DNA of 64,000 nt, taken from contig NC_057760.1 in assembly GCF_004010195.1 (NCBI RefSeq), forward strand, positions 3,497,440 through 3,561,439, read 5' to 3'. A program made the position numbers and the translations under genes. Positions 58,956 through 64,000 of this stretch are shown here, in pieces. Under the pieces are notes generated by a model that was not told the DNA's origin, did not search any database, and was given only the letters and a program-made list of their open reading frames with translations. This DNA comes from Chiloscyllium plagiosum (taxonomy: Eukaryota). Position 1 is the stretch's first letter; every line of letters begins with the position of its first letter.

Positions 58956-60119
58956 CAACTGTTAACATGGCATGATCATAAAAATACCTTCAGAAACAAA
59001 TTAAATTGAGTCACCGGATTAAAGTTTTTCAGCCACTGAAGTTATTGTGATGATTCTCACATAAACTGCAACCTATGCAGTCAGTTGTCCCCAAACTAGT
59101 GCCCTTACCACCTAACAAAAACTCCATGTTCATTTCCAGCAGTTCAGACTCTAAATCAGGGGCCTTAAGGAATAACAAAACATTTTAAACATTAGCCAGC
59201 AGGAAAATGTTAATGGAGGGATCTTATACAGGCACCAACAGAATGGTTTGGTCTAATGTCAGTCTGTTGAGCTGACCTTAGTCCCAGGGCAAATGGAGAG
59301 TATTCAACACATTCCACTTAAAGCTTCTTCAGAATGGAGGTTCTGAAATAAGAGGAATTAATTCCTGTCAACGTCCTCTTTTCATCCCTTGACATAATTT
59401 CAACCAAATTTAGAAAACTGGTAGTTGTCCCAAGAGAGGGCATCTCCGCAAGAAAAAAAAACCTGGCAGCAGAATACTTTGAAATCTTGATTCTCGTGAT
59501 GTATAAGAGGGTTAAAAAACTGAGTGCACTTTCATTAGGAATTGATGGGAAATGTATACGTCCAAAGATTACTGAAAATTTCCCATGCAGACTCATGCTA
59601 TAAATAATGTCAACAATGGACTGCAGTTCCTCCACTGATATGGAAAGTAATTACAGTATGACAAGTTTATACAAGCTTGGATGCAAATTTGAGAAATGGA
59701 AATTAGTCAATACAGAACTTTCTGGTCTATTCTTGTCCCCCTTTTTTAACCAGCTTCAAATCCCATGTGCAATATCACAGGAAATAAACTAGTTCACATT
59801 TTTCGAAAGGATCCCTGCATGCACTTCATTAAAAGTACAAATCAAGAGATTCCCATGGAAAGGAATTGTGGAAAAAAAAGGCGACATAAATGCACCTAAA
59901 ACATTCCCAGTAAAACTGGAATGGTTTCAAAAAGTACAAAATAAAATATTTCCCTTCCCCAGGACACTCCCTTCTCTCCTGTCCTTTCCTCCTCCTGTCC
60001 CCAACCATCTCCCTCCCCCTTCAACTCCCATTGTGACAGTTACATCTAAAGAATAGCAAGAATGCAACAAAGTTGTATTGTGATGAAACAAACAGGAGTT
60101 TGGTCACAGTTGGAGGGAA

Positions 60120-60187
60120 TTACTCATCATCCTCGCCTTCATCTTCTGCCTCTCGTTTTCGCTTCTGTCCTTGAGTGGCAGCATCCT
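60120..60187 (-). CDS. ANP32E: ANP32E last coding exon: (E)DAATQGQKRKREAEDEGEDDE-stop
   Basis: Acceptor ttttattttgtgcag, phase 1; contains the conserved KRKR nuclear localisation signal; TAA at 60120-60122. Confidence 0.93.
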
Positions 60188-60219
60188 CTGCACAAAATAA
60201 AAACCAACAGCTTTCAGTA

Positions 60220-60390
60220 CAGAGGAACCTCTTATCTGAACGAGATGGGCAGGCACTTTCATTCTGATAATTGAATCAATGCTTTTCCTCTGGGGTTCGG
60301 AGTTCTGTTAAGTCCGCTCCCCATTCAGGAGACTAGGCAGCGGCACACTGCGCACCAGTCCCTGCCAAACCCACCCCCAACCCTGTCCAA
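60220..60390 (+). mobile_element. Tigger/pogo-like DNA transposon end
   Basis: TA followed by CAGAGGAACCTCTTATCTGAAC, a pogo-type TIR; opposite end not found. Confidence 0.5.
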
Positions 60391-61217
60391 CACTGCAAAC
60401 TTTACACTCCCAAATCTACTGACTCAGGTTTCCACTCCTGAATAGAACACTAGTGAGCCAGTTCAATTTATACAATGATCATACAGCTTCGTGGCCACTT
60501 TACACAGACCACCTGTACTGGGCAGGTTTGTGTTAACGTGATTCAGCGGATGGTAAGTTCATGAAAAAGGCAAAATCCTGAATCCAAGTGCTTAAAAGAG
60601 CATGCAATAAGTGTTGAACACTGACAAGTAAGCACATTATATGACACTGTTTCAAATGATTCACCAATTGCGCAATTTAGCTGGTTTGCTGATACTGTAA
60701 GCAATTTCCTTCTAAACTGATGTCTGTGGTGATGGCAAGTAGTATTTGGAAATTGGCCTTGAAATATGGCTGTGCATCATTTGCAAAAATGCAAGTGATT
60801 GGCATTGCGTCTGCTTTTTATTAAAACCTAGAATTCAAATACTCAAACTGTCATGTGGGATTTGAGCTTTGTACAGAGTAGTGTAACCAAGTTAGATGTC
60901 AACAATCAGAGGACAGATTTAATGATGATAGGTGAAAGAACCAGAGAGAACACAAAGAAACATTTCCTAATCTCCCTGGAACTGTGATCTGGTGGAAGCA
61001 GATTCAATAGCAACAATTTGAAAGAATACTAGTGGCATGCTGTTTTGGGAGACGGGTGGGAAGTACAAAGTTTGAAAGAGGACCAGAGGACTGCGATTAA
61101 TTCGCAAGCCTTAGCAAAGATATGATGGTCTAAATAGACTCACCCAAACTCTATTATACACTTCTATATGCTGTCTACACAGATTTTATTCATATCCATA
61201 TAGCTTTAAAATAATAC

Positions 61218-61278
61218 CTTGCTCATCTGCCTCTTCTTCTTCTCCTTCATGAACATAATCATCATCATCGTCATCATC
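61218..61278 (-). CDS. ANP32E: ANP32E exon: DDDDDDDYVHEGEEEEADEQ
   Basis: Acceptor gtttcttttcag, donor G|GTATTA, phases 0->1; continues the EIQ-D..DDDYV motif. Confidence 0.92.
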
Positions 61279-61517
61279 CTGAAAAGAAACAATTCACCTT
61301 TGAGGTATTTGGCTGTAAAGTGTAGGAAGTATGGGAAATTCCACAAACCAAAATGTGGTACATGACCTAATCAGTTGTTTCAATAATGTAGATCTGATAG
61401 TAATGGTGTTCTTCCTTGAGTGGCAAATCACTGTCATCCACTCAAAGCTAGTTAGGAATAGGTAAAAATCCAAAGGCCATCCCCATTGACTGCATAAAAA
61501 GGAAGACACCATCAATG

Positions 61518-62075
61518 GGAGGCAGTGGTGTACTGGTAGGTGTTATTGACCTATAATCCATATCCCCAGGTTAATATTCTGAGTAGTATTAGGTTCAAAT
61601 CCCACCACAGAAGATGGTCATTTGAATTCACAAAACTTTGGAATTGAAAAGATAGTTTCATTTTTTGTTTGCAACAATTGACAGTTGTGTATTGCCATTA
61701 GACTATCTGCCCTACATGTGAGTCCAGATTTACAGCAATGCAGTAGACTCCTAACTAGCATCTGGGCAATTAGCCATGAGCAATAAATGCTGGCCTCACA
61801 AAGCAACATGCACATTCCAGGATAAATTCTCTCTGGAGTTTGCACATTCTCCCAGTGTCTGCGTGGGTTTCCTCCCACAGGCCAAAGATGTACAGGTTAG
61901 GTAAATTGGCCAAAGCTAAATTGCCCATAGTGTTCAGGGATTTATAGGTTAGGTTCATTAGTTAGGAAAAATGTAAAGTAATAGGGTAGGGGAATGGGTC
62001 TGGGTGGGATACTCTGAGGGCCAGTGTGGACTTGTTGCGCCAATTGGTCCGTTTCCACACTATAGGGATTCTATG
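61518..62075 (+). mobile_element. Second-family SINE (61518-61815) followed by truncated HE1 (61833-62075)
   Basis: Both cores recognisable; ANP32E intron. Confidence 0.75.
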
Positions 62076-62530
62076 AAAAGTTGAATTGCGACAGCTTTTC
62101 CGAATTCAGATCCAGCTTGACTTCAATCCAATCTGAAGATCTTCCTATCTTGGTGATTTTCTTTATTGACAAGTAACCCGACGGATGTGAGGATTAATCA
62201 AATTCTATCCTCTGACTAAAAGAGCTGCTTTTCCCTGTGTTTTTGTTTTATTTTGGCCTGATCTTTGCTGAGACTGTGGTCTTCCAGGTTGTGCAAGTGT
62301 ATTGGTGTTAGAGATTACAGGGAACATTTCTAATTTCAATTACAGTTTAGATATTAGCTAACATTTAAGTTGTCTTAAGAAAAAGGTTTGTGTTATAACA
62401 AACAGATTGAAGAAGCCTGATGAGTGTTTTTTGGCCATTTTGATGATTGAATCAAGTTATACTATTGGCACGATTTATGGAGTTGTGGGCTCGATTTCCA
62501 GAATATTCCTCTTCTCAAAAATAAACAAAC

Positions 62531-62673
62531 CTGAATTTCTTCTTTCAGAAGATAGGACAGTCCAACCTCCCCTGGTGGTTCACCATCCTCTTCCTCCTCT
62601 TCTTCCTCATCATCAAGCTCTTCATCATAATATTCTTCAGCAGCACCAGCTTCGTCATCATCATCCTCACCCT
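62531..62673 (-). CDS. ANP32E: ANP32E acidic-tail exon: (E)GEDDDDEAGAAEEYYDEELDDEEEEEEEDGEPPGEVGLSYLLKEEIQ
   Basis: Acceptor tttcttgtgtag, donor CAG|GTTTGT, phases 1->0. EVGLSYL(L/M)KEEIQ is the ANP32E-specific H2A.Z-interacting segment. Confidence 0.93.
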
Positions 62674-62735
62674 CTACACAAGAAACATTGAGAAGTTTGT
62701 ATATAAAGATACCATCCTGCGTTACTGAAGCACTA

Positions 62736-63835
62736 AAAAGTGCTTGATAAGGTTCCCCACAGTAGGCAATTGCAGAAAATTTGGAGGTATGGGATTGAAG
62801 CTGATTTAGTGATTTGGATCAGAAATTGGCTAGCTGAAAGAAGACAGGGTGGTGGTCGATGGGAAATGTTCATGATGGAGTTCAGTCACTAGTGGTGTAC
62901 CGCAAGGATCTGTTTTGGGGCCACTGCGGTTTGTCATTTTTATAAATGACCTGGATGAGGGCATAGAACATGGATTAGTAAATTTGCGGATGACACTAAA
63001 GTCAGTGGAGTTGGGGATAGTGACGAAGGATGTTGCAGATTAACAGGGACATAGATCAACTGCAGAGCTGGGCAGAAAGGTGGCAAATGGAGTTTAATGA
63101 GGCGATTCACTTTGGAAGGAGTAACAGGAATGCAGAGGACTGGGCCAATGGTACGATTGTTGGTTGTGTGGATGAGCAGAGAGATCTTGGTGTTCATGTG
63201 CACAGATCCCTGAAAGTTACTATCCAGGTTGATGGGTTGTAAAGGCGGCATATGGTTTGTTTGCTTTTATTAGATGGATTGAGTTTCAGAGCCATACGGT
63301 CATGTTGCAGCTGTACCAAAAACTCTGATGCATTGGAGTATTGTGTACAGTTCTGGTCACCACATTATAGGAAGGATGTGGAAGCTTTGGAAAGGGTGCA
63401 GAGGAGACTTACTAGGATGTAATTTGGTATGGAGGGAAGGTCTTGTAAGGAAAGACTGAGGGGATTTGAGAGTGTTTTCATTAGAGAGAAGAAGGTTCAG
63501 AGGTGAGTTAGAGACATACAAGATGATCAGAGGATTAGATCGGGTGGACAGTGAGAGCCTTTTTCTTTGGATGGTGATGGCGAGCACCAGGGGACATAGC
63601 TTTAAATTGAGGGGTGACATAGGACAGATGTTAGGGGTAGGTTCTTTACTCAGTGAGTAGTAAGGGCTTGGAAAGGCCTGACTGCAACAGTAGTACACTT
63701 GCCAACTTTAAGGGGCATTTAAATGGTCATTGGATAAATAGAAGGACGATAATGGAATAGTGTAGGTTAGATGGGCTTCAGATTGGTGCAACATAGAGGT
63801 CCGAAGGGCCTGTACTGTGCTGTTATGTTCTATGG
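62736..63835 (+). mobile_element. CR1 LINE RT and 3' end in ANP32E intron
   Basis: [11 protein letters not shown] and KFADDTK coding DNA; ORFs 63030-63242 and 63466-63660; gttatgttctatg tail. Confidence 0.9.
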
Positions 63836-63874
63836 AATCTGCTAGTCCATCTCCTCGAGATTCTTCCCTACTCA

Positions 63875-64000
<126 letters not shown>

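Larger units (their letters stand above)
57250..60119 (-). other. ANP32E: ANP32E 3' UTR (~2.85 kb, AU-rich)
   Basis: Mostly unique U/A-tract-rich sequence between the stop codon and AATAAA at 57271-57266. Confidence 0.6.

Noticed and set aside
62407..62691. His/Pro-rich plus-strand ORF
   Set aside because: Antisense shadow of the ANP32E acidic exon.

Overview
Eukaryotic, repeat-dense vertebrate DNA. The repeat content (HE1-type tRNA-derived SINEs, HER1/CR1 LINEs, a Deu-domain SINE, Penelope-like pieces) points to a shark; this is an inference. Two protein-coding genes lie on the minus strand, head to tail. (1) The last four exons and ~2.85-kb 3' UTR of ANP32E (64000->~57250). (2) Immediately downstream, from a small CpG-rich promoter with a ZNF143/THAP11-type motif, a gene I cannot assign to any known family. 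Four phase-compatible exons (56852-56786, 53950-53808, 37870-37813, 16307-8548) predict a ~2,675-aa protein. It has a hydrophobic N-terminus, a short pro-region, a furin-type RRFRR site and an RGDS motif. These are followed by 12-aa repeats, a twice-repeated helical domain, and ~1,500 aa of basic Pro/Ser/Asn/His-rich sequence built hierarchically from one 16-17-aa unit. Nearly all of it is in one ~7.76-kb exon that contains a 200-N assembly gap. The introns hold nested LINEs/SINEs, a Gypsy remnant, a solo LTR, Rex/Babar- and Tx1-like fragments, and a family of short, often palindromic, TSD-flanked Penelope-derived elements carrying minimal hammerhead ribozyme cores. Repeat boundaries are approximate, and the gene model rests on splice signals and phases only.
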